This document shows, in pieces, positions 18,864-29,314 of a DNA stretch of 64,000 bases. This stretch comes from an uncultured Spirochaetota bacterium. Its GTDB lineage: Bacteria > Spirochaetota > Spirochaetia > SZUA-6 > Fen-1364. The notes beneath the pieces were generated by a model, which made no database searches, was not told where the DNA came from, and worked only from the letters and a program-made list of their open reading frames with translations. The first letter of the stretch is position 1. Each line of letters begins with the position of its first letter. The DNA lies in NCBI GenBank assembly GCA_963745235.1, contig CAVUXE010000054.1, positions 64,001-128,000 of the forward strand, in the 5' to 3' direction. A program made the position numbers and the translations under genes.

Positions 18864-19643
18864 GTGGCGACAAGAAACCGGAAAGGAAGAATCGAGCAAA
18901 TACTCGGGACTCTTCGAAGCGGGAGAGCCGCGTCCATCCACGAGTTGTCCCTGGAGCTTTCCGTTTCCGAAATGACCATCAGACGAGACCTCATGCTGCT
19001 TGCCGCCCAGAACAAGGTCCGCCTGGTCAGATCCGGGGCCGTGCTTCGAACGGGAGGGGAAGCTTCACCGCCGGTCTATTCGCTTGCCTCGGACAGCGCC
19101 TCCCGGGCGGCAGAGAAGGCAAGGATCGGCGCCAAAGCGGCTTCGCTTGTGCAGCCGGGCGATGTGGTGATCATCGACTCAGGGTCCACCACGGAGTGGC
19201 TGGCTCGCAGTCTTCCCCAGGAGATGCCGGTGACTGTCATCTGTTTTGCGCTGAACATTCTGCTGGAAGTGGGGGGGCGCAAGAACTGCACGGTGGTTTT
19301 CGCGGGCGGCAGGCTCAAAAGCGACACGCTGGTGTTCGAGAGCGTCGAAGGTCTCGAGCTCATCCGCCGCTACCGCGCCAACAAGGCGTTCCTGTCCGCG
19401 GGCGGTGTGAGTGATTCACTGGGGGTGACCTGCGTCGAGGCCGCGGAGGCTGAGCTGAAGAAGGCCGCCATCCAGTCCGCGCAATCCAGGATCCTCGTTG
19501 TCGATTCCAGCAAACTGGGAAGGGTCACCCCCTCGTGGTTCGCTGCGCTGGATGACTTTGACGTGATGGTGACTGACTCTGGAATCTCATTGGAATATGT
19601 GGAGATCGCGCGATCGAGGGGGATCGCGCTGCACGTGGCCTGA
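18864..19643 (+). CDS. DeoR/GlpR family transcriptional regulator
   Basis: VSEMTIRRDL HTH, IDSGSTT and DSSK; GGAG upstream of the GTG. Confidence 0.92.
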   Translation: MATRNRKGRIEQILGTLRSGRAASIHELSLELSVSEMTIRRDLMLLAAQNKVRLVRSGAVLRTGGEASPPVYSLASDSASRAAEKARIGAKAASLVQPGDVVIIDSGSTTEWLARSLPQEMPVTVICFALNILLEVGGRKNCTVVFAGGRLKSDTLVFESVEGLELIRRYRANKAFLSAGGVSDSLGVTCVEAAEAELKKAAIQSAQSRILVVDSSKLGRVTPSWFAALDDFDVMVTDSGISLEYVEIARSRGIALHVA

Positions 19644-19722
19644 GGATGCCTGGGCCGGGACTTCCTTGCCCTCCCGTTCATACACCAAAAGCACGCTTCG
19701 CCCGTCACTCATCCTGTACACT

Positions 19723-20277
19723 ATGAGCGTGGATGCGTCGCCGGATAGCAACGATGCGCAGCAGAGGATCGAGGAGGCCTACAGAAGGGAAAGGCCGCGG
19801 CACATGGCCCGCCTGCGCGCCTCGGGGCGCAGCCTGGAAGAGGCGGAGGACTTTGTGCATGACCTCTACCTCGAGACGCTGGAGCGCATGCCTTTTGTCT
19901 CCAGCATCCGAAACCTGCCGGCCTGGATCAATTCGCTGTTCACCCGGCGGCTCATAGACGCCTGGCGGCATGAACAGGTACGCAAGGCATCGGGTGAAGT
20001 CGACGTCGCTGAGGAGACCCTCCAGGAGATCATCGCCGGCACGGGCCTGGATCCTCTGGACGGTTTTGTGAGGGACAGCCTGGTGGACGCCCTGAACGAC
20101 GCGCTGCGCGTCCTGCCCGCGGCCCAGCGCCGGGTGGTAGAAGCCCAGGTATTCGGCGGCCTGACCTTCCGGGAGATAGCGGAAGCCACCGGAGAAAGCA
20201 TCGACACTCTGACGGCCCGCAAACGGTACGCCTTGCGCAACCTTTCCCAGGCCCTGAGGCACTGGATTGATGAGTGA
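19723..20277 (+). CDS. ECF RNA polymerase sigma factor (start 19723 or 19729)
   Basis: Region 2 (EAEDFVHD..W..RLIDAWR) and region 4 (LPAAQR..TFREIAEATGESIDT..RKRYA). Confidence 0.88.
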   Translation: MSVDASPDSNDAQQRIEEAYRRERPRHMARLRASGRSLEEAEDFVHDLYLETLERMPFVSSIRNLPAWINSLFTRRLIDAWRHEQVRKASGEVDVAEETLQEIIAGTGLDPLDGFVRDSLVDALNDALRVLPAAQRRVVEAQVFGGLTFREIAEATGESIDTLTARKRYALRNLSQALRHWIDE

Positions 20278-20343
20278 ACAAACGGGATCGGGCGGCAGCT
20301 CGAACCGGCGACTATCCCGGGCTGAGCCCGGAGGAGGTGGGTG

Positions 20344-20730
20344 ATGTCTGACAGGAATTACAGCAGCGGACCTGAAGAGGGCGGCTCCGGCGGAATGGAG
20401 GGCTGGTGGGAAGACCGCAGCCTCCCGGTGAAGATCCTCATGGGAACTGGATTTGGCATCCTGGGGATCGGCCTGCTCGCCTTTTTCGGCTGGGCGGTGA
20501 TGGCCCTGTGGAACTGGCTGGTGCCCGATCTCTTCGGCCTCAAGCGGCTTGACTATTGGCATGCATGGGGCTTGCTGATCTTGTGCTGGATCCTGTTCAA
20601 GAGTTGGGGGACCGGCAACAGCAGCCGCCGTACCGACCGAAAGCGCAAAAAGCAGCTGCGCCGCTACATGCAGCCGGACCAGGCTGCCGCTGGGGAAAGT
20701 CCGGCGGGGTCCCCCGGAGGAAACCCATGA
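20344..20730 (+). CDS. Small two-TM membrane protein downstream of the ECF sigma
   Basis: Strong SD GGAGGAGG; VMALWNWLVPDLFGL..YWHAWGLLIL motif. Confidence 0.7.
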   Translation: MSDRNYSSGPEEGGSGGMEGWWEDRSLPVKILMGTGFGILGIGLLAFFGWAVMALWNWLVPDLFGLKRLDYWHAWGLLILCWILFKSWGTGNSSRRTDRKRKKQLRRYMQPDQAAAGESPAGSPGGNP

Positions 20731-21701
20731 AAGCGATAGTAGCTCCAAAGTACGGATCAGCGTTCCTTCGGGTCCAGGAAGTAGCAAAGCCCGTTCCCCG
20801 GGACAATGAAGTACTGGTGGAGGTTCATGCAGCATCAGTCAACGCCGCGGATGTGCATCTGCTGAGCGGGAAGCCCTTCTTCATTCGCCTGATGGGATTC
20901 GGGCTTCTCAGGCCCAGGAACGCCATCCTCGGCGCCGCTGTCGCGGGGCGGGTTGCAGCGGTCGGGAGCATGACCAGGGAGTTTCGGCCCGGTGACGAAG
21001 TATTCGGGGACTTGTTCCGTTGCGGCTTCGGTGGTCTTGCCGAGTTTGTGTGTGCGCGTGAAGACGCCTTGGCGTTGAAGCCCCGCGGATTGTCTTTCGA
21101 GGAAGCCGCGGCCGTTCCCATGGCGGCGGTCACGGCCTTGCAGGGGCTTCGTGACAAGGGTCACGTTCACGCCGGGCAGAAAGTGCTGGTGTACGGGGCC
21201 TCTGGCGGCGTCGGTACTTTTGCGGTGCAGATTGCCAGGTCGTTCGGCGCAGAGGTGACCGCCGTCTGCAGCACCGGTAACGTGGACACAATGCGCTCAC
21301 TCGGTGCGGATCACGTCATTGATTACACCAAGGAAGACTTCGTTCAGAGCGGAAAGCACTATGACCTTATCATTGCTGCAAACGGAAATCGGTCGATCTC
21401 GGACTACAGACGCGCGTTGGGCCCCAACGGAGCGTATGTCATGATCGGCGGTTCGGCCAGGCAAATGTCCCAAGCCATGTTTCTTGGACCGTTGATGTCA
21501 CTCCGGGGGACCAGGAAAATGGGGAGCCTGATGGCGAAGCCAAGCAAACGCGACCTGGTTTTCCTCAGAGGGCTTCTTGAAGCCGGCGAAGTTGTCCCTG
21601 TCATTGACAGACGCTACCCCCTGGCTGAGGGCGTGGAAGCGCTGCGGTATCTTGAAAACGGCCATGCCAAAGGGAAAGTGGTCGTACGGGTGGAACACTA
21701 G
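20727..21701 (+). CDS. NAD(P)-dependent medium-chain dehydrogenase (quinone-reductase-like)
   Basis: AASVN, EEAAAVP, GASGGVG, LGADHVIDY and GKVV; ATGA overlap with the upstream gene. Confidence 0.9.
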   Translation: MKAIVAPKYGSAFLRVQEVAKPVPRDNEVLVEVHAASVNAADVHLLSGKPFFIRLMGFGLLRPRNAILGAAVAGRVAAVGSMTREFRPGDEVFGDLFRCGFGGLAEFVCAREDALALKPRGLSFEEAAAVPMAAVTALQGLRDKGHVHAGQKVLVYGASGGVGTFAVQIARSFGAEVTAVCSTGNVDTMRSLGADHVIDYTKEDFVQSGKHYDLIIAANGNRSISDYRRALGPNGAYVMIGGSARQMSQAMFLGPLMSLRGTRKMGSLMAKPSKRDLVFLRGLLEAGEVVPVIDRRYPLAEGVEALRYLENGHAKGKVVVRVEH

Positions 21702-21985
21702 ATGAGGTTCCAAACCAGTCTGGACGCAAGCTCTCCCTCCCGCAGGAGTTCGTTTTTTTACAATACTCGCTGCTGGGGAAGCTCTATCTTCTGCCCTGGA
21801 ATGAAGGTTGGTGACCTTGTATGGAGTCTTCAACGCCGCATCTGTGCTAGAGGAGCTTCTTGACCCCTGCGTGGATTGATTCTCATATTAGCTGCAGTGG
21901 ACAAGCGGCTGGCGGCGGTAAAGCGGATCGCGGAGACGGTCCACGCCCGGCGGGTGGTCGCCGGTGACCGGTGAGGAGGATGGAG

Positions 21986-22718
21986 ATGGCTGAGCACCGG
22001 GTGTTGTCGCATGACAAGTGGGTCGAGGCACGGAAGAAGCACCTCGCCAAGGAGAAGGAGTTCACGCGGCTGCGCGACCAGCTGAGCCGCGAGCGCCGCG
22101 AGCTGCCCTGGGAGTTGGTGGAGAAGGAGCTACACGTTCGCGGGCGAGCGCGGCACGCAAACTCTGAGCGACCTGTTCGACGGCCGGAGCCAGCTGGTCG
22201 TCTACCACGCCATGTTCAACCCCGAAACCGCGGGACCGAAGACGACGTGGACGGTCGACGCCCCCTGCTTCTCCTGCTCCTTCTGGATGGACAACTTCAA
22301 CGGCATCACCGTCCACCTCAACCACCGCGACATCACGATGGCCGCCGTCTCTCGCGCGCCCTATCCGGCGATCGCCACCTACAAGAAGCGCATGGGCTGG
22401 GGCTTTCCCTGGTACTCGTCGGCAGGCAGCGATTTCAACTTCGACTACCGCGTCTCCTTCACCGATGCCGAACGCGCCGCCGGGAAGGTGGACTACAACT
22501 ACGGCATGAACTCGTGGAGCTCGATGTCGGAGGCGCCGGGCATCAGCGTCTTCCTCAAGGGCGGAGATGGCCGCATCTTCCACACCTACTCCACCTACGC
22601 GCGCGGGCTTGACATGCTGAACGTCGCCTACCACTACATGGACCTGGCGCCGAAGGGTCGAGACGAAGGGGACTCGGGCCAAAGGTGGGTTCGCCGCCGC
22701 GACGAGTACCCGGACTGA
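21986..22718 (+). CDS. DUF899 family (thioredoxin-like) protein; +1 frameshift near 22130
   Basis: KEKEFTRLRD..RRELPW, then DLFDGRSQL, CFSCSF, MGW.FPWYSS and HTYSTYARG..DLAPKGRDE. Confidence 0.85.
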
Positions 22719-22719
22719 G

Positions 22720-23547
22720 GTGACGATGGACACCCGTCGAATCTTATTGTCGCTGCGCCTGGCCAGGCCGGCCCGCCGGCGCGGCTTCTGTCCCGCCTGC
22801 GGGATCGATGTTACCGGTACGGCGGCGGCCGCGCGCGGCATGGAGATGGCGACCGGCGGCGTGACGGTGGCCGTCGTGCTCGCGGTGGCCGCGGCGGCCT
22901 GGGCGATCACGGCGTGGCAAATGCTCCGTTCGGGCATGATGATGGGCTCGGGCATGGCGATGGGTCTCGGCCCCGTATGGCCGTTCGCGGTCACCTGGAC
23001 GGAGATGATGGCCGCCATGATGCTGCCTTCGGCCATCCCGCTCGTGTACCGCTTCGCGCGGCAGGCGGAGGGCCGGCGCGCGCGGCCGTTCGCCCTTGCC
23101 GTGCTGGCGCTGGTCTACCTGGCGGTCTGGCTCGCCTTCGGGGTGGCCTGCTACTTTGCCTACAACGCGCTCGGTATGTCCGGGCGCAGCCGGGCCCTGG
23201 CCGGCGGCGTCGCGCTTGGGCTCGCCGCGCTCTACGCGCTGACGCCGCTCAAGCGTATTACCCAGGACCGCTGCCGCGAAGTTTGTGCGTTGCACGGTCC
23301 GCTGCCCTTCAAGCTGGTCCGCGCCGGCGCCCTCGCCGGGTGGCGCTACGGGTTGAGCTGTCTGGGCTGCAGCGCCGGCCTGATGGTCGCCATGGTCCTG
23401 GTCGGGATGTCCAGCCTGATCTGGACGGTTGTGCTGGCGGCCCTGGTCCTCGTCTACAAGTTCGCCCCACCGATGAGCTGGCGGCTGGACGTGGCGCTGG
23501 CAGCCGTGGTGGCCGGGCTCGGGATCGCCTACGCGGCGATAGGCTGA
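22720..23547 (+). CDS. DUF2182 family predicted metal-binding membrane protein
   Basis: W..MMAAMMLPS, YLAVW, TPLK and G..YGLSCLGC..LM motifs; DUF899 neighbour. Confidence 0.8.
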   Translation: MTMDTRRILLSLRLARPARRRGFCPACGIDVTGTAAAARGMEMATGGVTVAVVLAVAAAAWAITAWQMLRSGMMMGSGMAMGLGPVWPFAVTWTEMMAAMMLPSAIPLVYRFARQAEGRRARPFALAVLALVYLAVWLAFGVACYFAYNALGMSGRSRALAGGVALGLAALYALTPLKRITQDRCREVCALHGPLPFKLVRAGALAGWRYGLSCLGCSAGLMVAMVLVGMSSLIWTVVLAALVLVYKFAPPMSWRLDVALAAVVAGLGIAYAAIG

Positions 23548-23603
23548 CGGTCGATGGCCGAGCTGGCTGGAGCGCCAATCGCAGCCGCCCTCTTGCAGGG
23601 AAC

Positions 23604-24245
23604 ATGGTTTTCGACAACCCGATAGTACGCCTCATGATCAAAAGCCTCGTGCTGGTGGCAGCCGGGGCTTCGGGCATCATCGCGAAAAGCAACCTGCCCC
23701 TGTCCATCGTGCTGTTTGCCCTCTCGGTCCTGTTCGGCGCAGCAGACTACCTCCTGTCGCACAGGATAACCACTCTGGTCATGGAGCGCATCACCGGCAT
23801 CCTCGAAGCGGCGTACAGTTGCTGCAACTTTGCCCCTGACGAGGATGTCAGGGCAACGGTGTTCACCGCATCGCCCACCAGGAAGGACTCCCTTCACCAG
23901 ATTGGCCGCTACTACCCGACCAACCGGTACTCGAGCTACCGCAGGGGCCTGTCGACAAGCAAGGGAATAATCGGACTGTGCTTCAGAAGTCAGCAGCGGT
24001 GTCTTGAGGTCATCAAGCAGGAGTCGTCATTCAAGAGTCACCTGGTGGCGAAGTGGGGCTTCACGAAAGAAGAGGCTGACAGGGTGAAGATACGCAGGAG
24101 CTACCTGGCAATTCCGCTTTTCGACGCGCACGGAAAAACCCTGGGTGTCGCATACTTCGATTCCGCGAAGGAAGACACCTTCAGCCCCGAAGCAATTGAC
24201 ATGCTGGCGAATGCCTGCGTACCTTTGTGCAAGTGGGTGAGGTAA
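23604..24245 (+). CDS. Two-TM plus GAF-like domain protein
   Basis: Two N-terminal hydrophobic segments, then KGIIGLCF and RSYLAIPLFD..LGVAYFDS....F, the typical end of a GAF fold. Confidence 0.65.
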   Translation: MVFDNPIVRLMIKSLVLVAAGASGIIAKSNLPLSIVLFALSVLFGAADYLLSHRITTLVMERITGILEAAYSCCNFAPDEDVRATVFTASPTRKDSLHQIGRYYPTNRYSSYRRGLSTSKGIIGLCFRSQQRCLEVIKQESSFKSHLVAKWGFTKEEADRVKIRRSYLAIPLFDAHGKTLGVAYFDSAKEDTFSPEAIDMLANACVPLCKWVR

Positions 24246-24249
24246 CCTG

Positions 24250-24522
24250 ATGCCCAGATCGACAAGACCAAAGGCCCTGCAGACCCCATCTGCCAACCAG
24301 TATCTGTCCTACGGCTGGAAGAGGGTGCACACCTCTGCCGCAGGGACCGCCTACACATCGACAGTACCGTCGGACATAAAGAACAGAATGATGGAAGCCG
24401 GCAAGGAGAAAAGAGTTCTCTCAACAGGCACCGTCTTCGAGCGGCTCCTTTCCCGTGCAAGCAGCAACGTCGTAGCGTTCAAGGAAACCAGGACAAGGCC
24501 TACAGCTCGACAAGAAACTTGA
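24250..24522 (+). CDS. Hypothetical protein, 90 aa
   Basis: ATG 4 nt after the previous stop with GAGG upstream; no recognisable motif. Confidence 0.4.
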   Translation: MPRSTRPKALQTPSANQYLSYGWKRVHTSAAGTAYTSTVPSDIKNRMMEAGKEKRVLSTGTVFERLLSRASSNVVAFKETRTRPTARQET

Positions 24523-25240
24523 CCTTGTCTCCCCTGTACACGCAGCGGACAACGTAAACCGCGCGTGAGTCCATGGAAAGAACCTTCGTCTTGATGATCA
24601 AGGCCAGGTCCGCTTTCTTCATTCTCAGGAGCTTCCCTTCATAGGCATCGGCTTTTCCCGGCTCGATGGAGACGGCGGATCTTGCCAGGGAGTACCCGTA
24701 GTCCTCTTCGAGGATGTCGTTGAAGGGTCTTGAAACCATGTCCTTGAGATGGATATCCCGGCAGGTCTCCGCGGCAATATTGATCTCCTCGAAGCACAGG
24801 GGCTCATTATCTCCCAGCCTCAGCCTTTCGATCCTGGTGATCTCGGTGCCGCTCCTGATTCCCAGCTCATGGCCCAGGTCCGCTTTTGCGGCCACGGACT
24901 CGATCTTGATGACCCGGGTGGAGGGCTCCAGGCCGTTTTGCCTCGCCCACTTGGTGAAGCTGAAAAGCCGGCTCAGGTGCGGCTCATACTTGGTCTTGCG
25001 GATGAAGGTGCCCTTGCCCTGGATCCTTTCCAGGATGCCCTCGTTTGCGAGGATCTTCATGGCTTCCCTGACCGTGATCTTGCTGACCTGGTAACGCTCG
25101 CACAGCTCGTTGTCCGTGGGTACCAGCTCGTCTTCCTTCCATCTGCCGGTCTGGATCTCCTCCAGGAGATGGTTCTTCACCTGCAGGTACAACGGGACCG
25201 AAGCGTTGCGGTCCACTTTTGCTGAGACGGCCGTAAGCAT
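24500..25240 (-). CDS. GntR family (HutC/UTRA) transcriptional regulator
   Basis: PLYLQV, VSKITVREA and QGKGTF; C-terminal UTRA-like region ending YRGDK. Confidence 0.92.
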   Translation of the reverse strand: MLTAVSAKVDRNASVPLYLQVKNHLLEEIQTGRWKEDELVPTDNELCERYQVSKITVREAMKILANEGILERIQGKGTFIRKTKYEPHLSRLFSFTKWARQNGLEPSTRVIKIESVAAKADLGHELGIRSGTEITRIERLRLGDNEPLCFEEINIAAETCRDIHLKDMVSRPFNDILEEDYGYSLARSAVSIEPGKADAYEGKLLRMKKADLALIIKTKVLSMDSRAVYVVRCVYRGDKVKFLVEL

Positions 25241-25263
25241 TCCTCCTTTGCGGGTCCCTGCGA

Positions 25264-26775
25264 CTACGCATCCGGCGGCAGCGCGAGGGTCTCCATCTGC
25301 CTGTAGGCGCGCCGGAAGCTGTCAAACTTTTTTCTATAGACAACGTTCGCGGATTCGTCGAACGGAACGACGCGCTTTTCCCTGACCATGTTCTTTACGG
25401 AATCCCGCAGGGACGAATAATACCCTATCCCCTTGTACGCAAGAATGCCACACCCCAACGCGCCAAGCTCATCCTGTTCAGTCTGGACCATCTGCTTCCC
25501 CAGCACGTCCGCCAGCATGTGAAGCCAGAGATCGCTCTTGACGATTCCCCCGGAGACCTTCACGGACTTCAGCCCCACCCCCAGTTTTTCACAAACCTCC
25601 TGGCCGGTCAGGTAGAGGTCCAGGATTTCCAGGAGTATCCCTTCCAGCACCGCCCGGGTGAGGTGACTCCTGCCATGCCTCCGCCGCAGGCCAAGGAATA
25701 TCCCGCAGGCGCCCGGGTTGCTGTGGGGGTTCCGGGACCCCAGGATATAGGGGAGAAAGAGCAGGCCGTCTGCTCCGGGGGGAACAGGGCGAGCCTCCTC
25801 GTCAATCTCCTTGTATCCAAGGCCTGCATTCCGAATCAGCTCATCCCGATACCATCTCAGCACATCACCCGATGCCGCGGTAGCCATGATCGAATACCAA
25901 CGGTCGGCCGCCGGATGGCAGAACACGTAGTTTCTGTGCCCGGCGTCGATGGGCGGCTTCTCCGTTGCCACACCGATCACCCCGGCAGAGCCGACGGTGA
26001 TCCCCACGTCCCCGCTTTCAATGACACCCAGCCCCAGGATGGTGCAGATCCCGTCCCCCGTTCCCACCACAACGGGAAGTCCTTCGGGGAGCCCGGTGAG
26101 CTGGCTTGCTTCCCGGGTGAGAGTCCCGCCGGCCGAATCCGAGCTCCTGAGCTCGGGGAAAATCGATGCCGGCAGCCCGAGTGCACGCGCGGTATCTGCG
26201 CTCCAGCGACGGTGCGCAACATCCAGCATGAGGCTTCCCGAAGCGTCGCCGTAATCGCTGCACACGACCCCGGTGAAGCGGTAGCGGATGTAGTCTTTGA
26301 TCATGATGAACGTCGAAATGCGCGCAAAGTTCCCGGGCTCATGGTCACGGACCCACTCGATTGCGTTGAGCGTGCTCTCTCCGGTCAGGAGACTGCCCGA
26401 GCACCCCGCAATGAGCTTGTCCTTTCCGTGCGCTTTCAGCTTTTCGCATTGGGCAAGGAGCCGCTCATCCTGCCAGTGGATGACCGGCCTTACCACGCGG
26501 CGCTTTGCATCCAGGAAGACGGGCATGATCATCATGGCGCACGCGCACACAGCCTGTATCCGGTAGTCCCCGGCGCCGCGTTCAACAACGGTGCGAATGG
26601 ATCCGGCAATCCTCTGCCACAGGTCATCCGGGTCAATCTCAAACAACCCGGGACCGGGTTTGACCAGGGGATACTCGCCTGCATGGCTGAGGACACACTC
26701 CCCGGATGGCGTTATCAGGCTGTACTTGATGCTGGAGGTTCCGATATCCACCCCCAGCACGACATCCTTGCTCAT
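25264..26775 (-). CDS. FGGY family carbohydrate kinase (xylulokinase-like)
   Basis: GVDIGTSSIK, W.D.R, KDYIRY, FLPYILGSRNP, RAVLEG and SGG. Confidence 0.9.
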   Translation of the reverse strand: MSKDVVLGVDIGTSSIKYSLITPSGECVLSHAGEYPLVKPGPGLFEIDPDDLWQRIAGSIRTVVERGAGDYRIQAVCACAMMIMPVFLDAKRRVVRPVIHWQDERLLAQCEKLKAHGKDKLIAGCSGSLLTGESTLNAIEWVRDHEPGNFARISTFIMIKDYIRYRFTGVVCSDYGDASGSLMLDVAHRRWSADTARALGLPASIFPELRSSDSAGGTLTREASQLTGLPEGLPVVVGTGDGICTILGLGVIESGDVGITVGSAGVIGVATEKPPIDAGHRNYVFCHPAADRWYSIMATAASGDVLRWYRDELIRNAGLGYKEIDEEARPVPPGADGLLFLPYILGSRNPHSNPGACGIFLGLRRRHGRSHLTRAVLEGILLEILDLYLTGQEVCEKLGVGLKSVKVSGGIVKSDLWLHMLADVLGKQMVQTEQDELGALGCGILAYKGIGYYSSLRDSVKNMVREKRVVPFDESANVVYRKKFDSFRRAYRQMETLALPPDA

Positions 26776-27746
26776 TCCTGCGTCTTCCTCTGGCGCAGCA
26801 TATCCAGCATGACGGCAACCAGGAGGATGAGGCCGGAGAGGAACTGGTTGTAGTAGATGGAAACGCCCAGCAGCTGAAGGCCGTTCAGGATCAATCCTAC
26901 GATGACGGCGCCGATGATTGTCTTGCCGATGGAGCCTCGGCCGCCCAGGATGCTCGTGCCGCCGATCACCACCGCGGTGATCACCTGGAACTCGAGCCCT
27001 TCGGCAAGGATAGCGGCGGCCGCGTTCATTCGGGAGATTGTGGTGAGCCCGGCGATTGCGCACAGGGCGCCCGTGATCGCATAGATGGAGATGAGAATTG
27101 CTTTCACCCGGATCCCGACGATCCGGGATGCGGTGGGGTTGTTTCCAACCGCATAGATCTTTCTGCCGAATGCGGTCTTGCTCAGGACGAAGATCCCGAT
27201 GGCGACGAGAACGATGGTCAGGTACACGACAATGGGGATCCCCAGGATGCGGCCCTGGCCGAGCACCAGGAATGACTTGGCAAATCCGTACGATGCCTGG
27301 GCCCGGGTGTAGATGAGCACCAGTCCGCGGGTGATGCTCAGCATTGCCAGCGTGACGATAAGCGCCGGAATGCGAAGCACCGCTGTGCAGAACCCGTTGA
27401 ATGCTCCCGCGGCTGTTCCCACGAGCAGCGCGATGACAATGGGGACGACAATCGGGATGTCCTTGTTCTGGAGTACGGACCCCGCAATTGCGGCCGAAAG
27501 GGCAAGGATCCCGCCAACAGATACATCGATCCCGCCGGTGAGGATCACCATGGTCATGCCGATGCCGACAATCGAAATCACGGAAATGCTGATGATGATG
27601 TTGATGACGTTCTCGAAGCTGAAGAACACCGGCTCCGCAATTCCAATGACCAGGCACATGACGATGATGACCAGGATCAGGATCCAGGACTCGGGAAGCT
27701 TCAGCTTTGCACGCGCCAGGGGTCGTTGCGGTGTTGTGCTCATCAC
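26772..27746 (-). CDS. Sugar ABC transporter permease (RbsC type)
   Basis: GMTMVILTGGIDVSVG, FGRKIYAVGNN and AVVIGGTSILGG. Confidence 0.93.
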   Translation of the reverse strand: MMSTTPQRPLARAKLKLPESWILILVIIVMCLVIGIAEPVFFSFENVINIIISISVISIVGIGMTMVILTGGIDVSVGGILALSAAIAGSVLQNKDIPIVVPIVIALLVGTAAGAFNGFCTAVLRIPALIVTLAMLSITRGLVLIYTRAQASYGFAKSFLVLGQGRILGIPIVVYLTIVLVAIGIFVLSKTAFGRKIYAVGNNPTASRIVGIRVKAILISIYAITGALCAIAGLTTISRMNAAAAILAEGLEFQVITAVVIGGTSILGGRGSIGKTIIGAVIVGLILNGLQLLGVSIYYNQFLSGLILLVAVMLDMLRQRKTQE

Positions 27747-29261
27747 CTAATCTCCTGTCAATCGCGAAAGTACGTCACGCGGAGTCGCGCCGCGAAGCCC
27801 TTCGTATTCGACCAGCCTCCCGCCCTTCAGGAGAAAGAGCCTGTCCGAGATTGCGAGCGCTTCGCGGTGGTCCGAGGTGAGCACAAGGATTGCTCTTTGC
27901 TCTTTCCTGAGCGCGCGCAGGATCCGGTAGAACTCGTTCCGTGCTCCGACATCGACGCCCTTGGTTGGCTCATCCAGGATGAGGACTTTCTGGTCCGCCA
28001 GGAGCCACCTGCCAAGGAGGACTTTCTGCTGGTTTCCGCCGCTGAGCTGCCTGATTTCCTGGGAAGGTGAGGCGATCCTTATGTCCAGGGAATCAACGGC
28101 TTCGGACACCAGTCGCGACTCATGGGACGTGTTGACGATGCCGAATACGCCGCGCAGCCTTTCAAGGATGGCCATTGAACAGTTGCGCGTCACGGAGAGG
28201 AAGCGGAAGACGCCGTTTCGATACCTGTCTTCCGTCACGTAGCCGAGCCCGCTCCTGATGGCCAGAAGCGGCGAGAGACGGTCAACGCGCTTTCCCTGGA
28301 TCTCGATGTGGCCGTGAGACGGCCGGGAAAGACCGAAGCAGAGGTCAGCCATTTCAGTCTTGCCTGAGCCCAGGAGCCCCAGGATCCCGACGATCTGGCC
28401 AAAGGGCACCTTCAGGCAGACCCCCTGGAAGAAGTGCTTGTACGACACATCGCAGAGCTCGAGGGCAGCCTCTCCTTCGGAAGGGCTTTCCCCCCGCTCG
28501 TCCGCCTGCCGTCCGCCCCCTTCTTCGATCTGCTCCCCGACGATCTTCTCTATGAGGAACTCTTTCGTGAGATCGACGTTCGCGTAGGTGCCGACCTTGC
28601 GCCCGTCACGGATGACGGTGATCATGTCGCAGATGGAGAGGACTTCCTCCAGGATGTGGCTTATGAAGATGACGGAAATCCCCCGAGCCTTGAGGGAGCG
28701 CATCACCTCGAAGAGCTTGTTCTTCTCCGAGTCACCGAGTGAGGCAGTCGGCTCATCAAGGACAACCACCCGGGCGTTCTGCGACACGTTGGAGATGATC
28801 TCGACGAGCTGTTTCTGTCCTATGCTCAGCTGGAAGACCTTCGTGTCCGGGTCGATGTCCAGGTTGTACTCCCGCAGAAGCGCGCGCGCCCGTTCCCTGC
28901 CCTTTTTCCAGTCAATGGTCCCGAGCCGGGTGCGGGGGTAGCTGTTCACGCAGATGTTTTCCAGGATGGAAAGATAGGGGAAGACGGACAGGTCCTGGTG
29001 CACGAATGTGACTCCGAGCTGGCTCACCAGGATGGGATCCGGCCTCTCTATCTTCTGGCCCTGGACCGTGATGCTGCCCCTCTCCGGCGCGTACAGGCCG
29101 TTGAGGAGCTTTATGAACGTGGATTTGCCCGCCCCGTTCTCTCCCAGCAGGCCGTGGATCTCGCCGTAGCCAAGCTGGAAATCGAAGCCGGAGAGCGCGT
29201 GCACTCCGGGAAATGACTTGGACAGGTCCCGCGTCTGAAGGATGTAGTCTTTGTCCCGCAT
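27747..29261 (-). CDS. Sugar ABC transporter ATP-binding protein (RbsA type)
   Basis: GENGAGKST, LDEPTASL, LSGGNQQK and DEPTKGVDVGA. Confidence 0.94.
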   Translation of the reverse strand: MRDKDYILQTRDLSKSFPGVHALSGFDFQLGYGEIHGLLGENGAGKSTFIKLLNGLYAPERGSITVQGQKIERPDPILVSQLGVTFVHQDLSVFPYLSILENICVNSYPRTRLGTIDWKKGRERARALLREYNLDIDPDTKVFQLSIGQKQLVEIISNVSQNARVVVLDEPTASLGDSEKNKLFEVMRSLKARGISVIFISHILEEVLSICDMITVIRDGRKVGTYANVDLTKEFLIEKIVGEQIEEGGGRQADERGESPSEGEAALELCDVSYKHFFQGVCLKVPFGQIVGILGLLGSGKTEMADLCFGLSRPSHGHIEIQGKRVDRLSPLLAIRSGLGYVTEDRYRNGVFRFLSVTRNCSMAILERLRGVFGIVNTSHESRLVSEAVDSLDIRIASPSQEIRQLSGGNQQKVLLGRWLLADQKVLILDEPTKGVDVGARNEFYRILRALRKEQRAILVLTSDHREALAISDRLFLLKGGRLVEYEGLRGATPRDVLSRLTGD

Positions 29262-29314
29262 CTGTCTGGTCCTCACCGCGGGCGAACCCGTGAGCTCTCA
29301 GCGCCTCAATGCAG

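Noticed and set aside
25264-27657. 797-aa ORF suggesting an extended kinase
   Set aside because: The extension is an alternative frame of the permease gene; the kinase starts at 26775.
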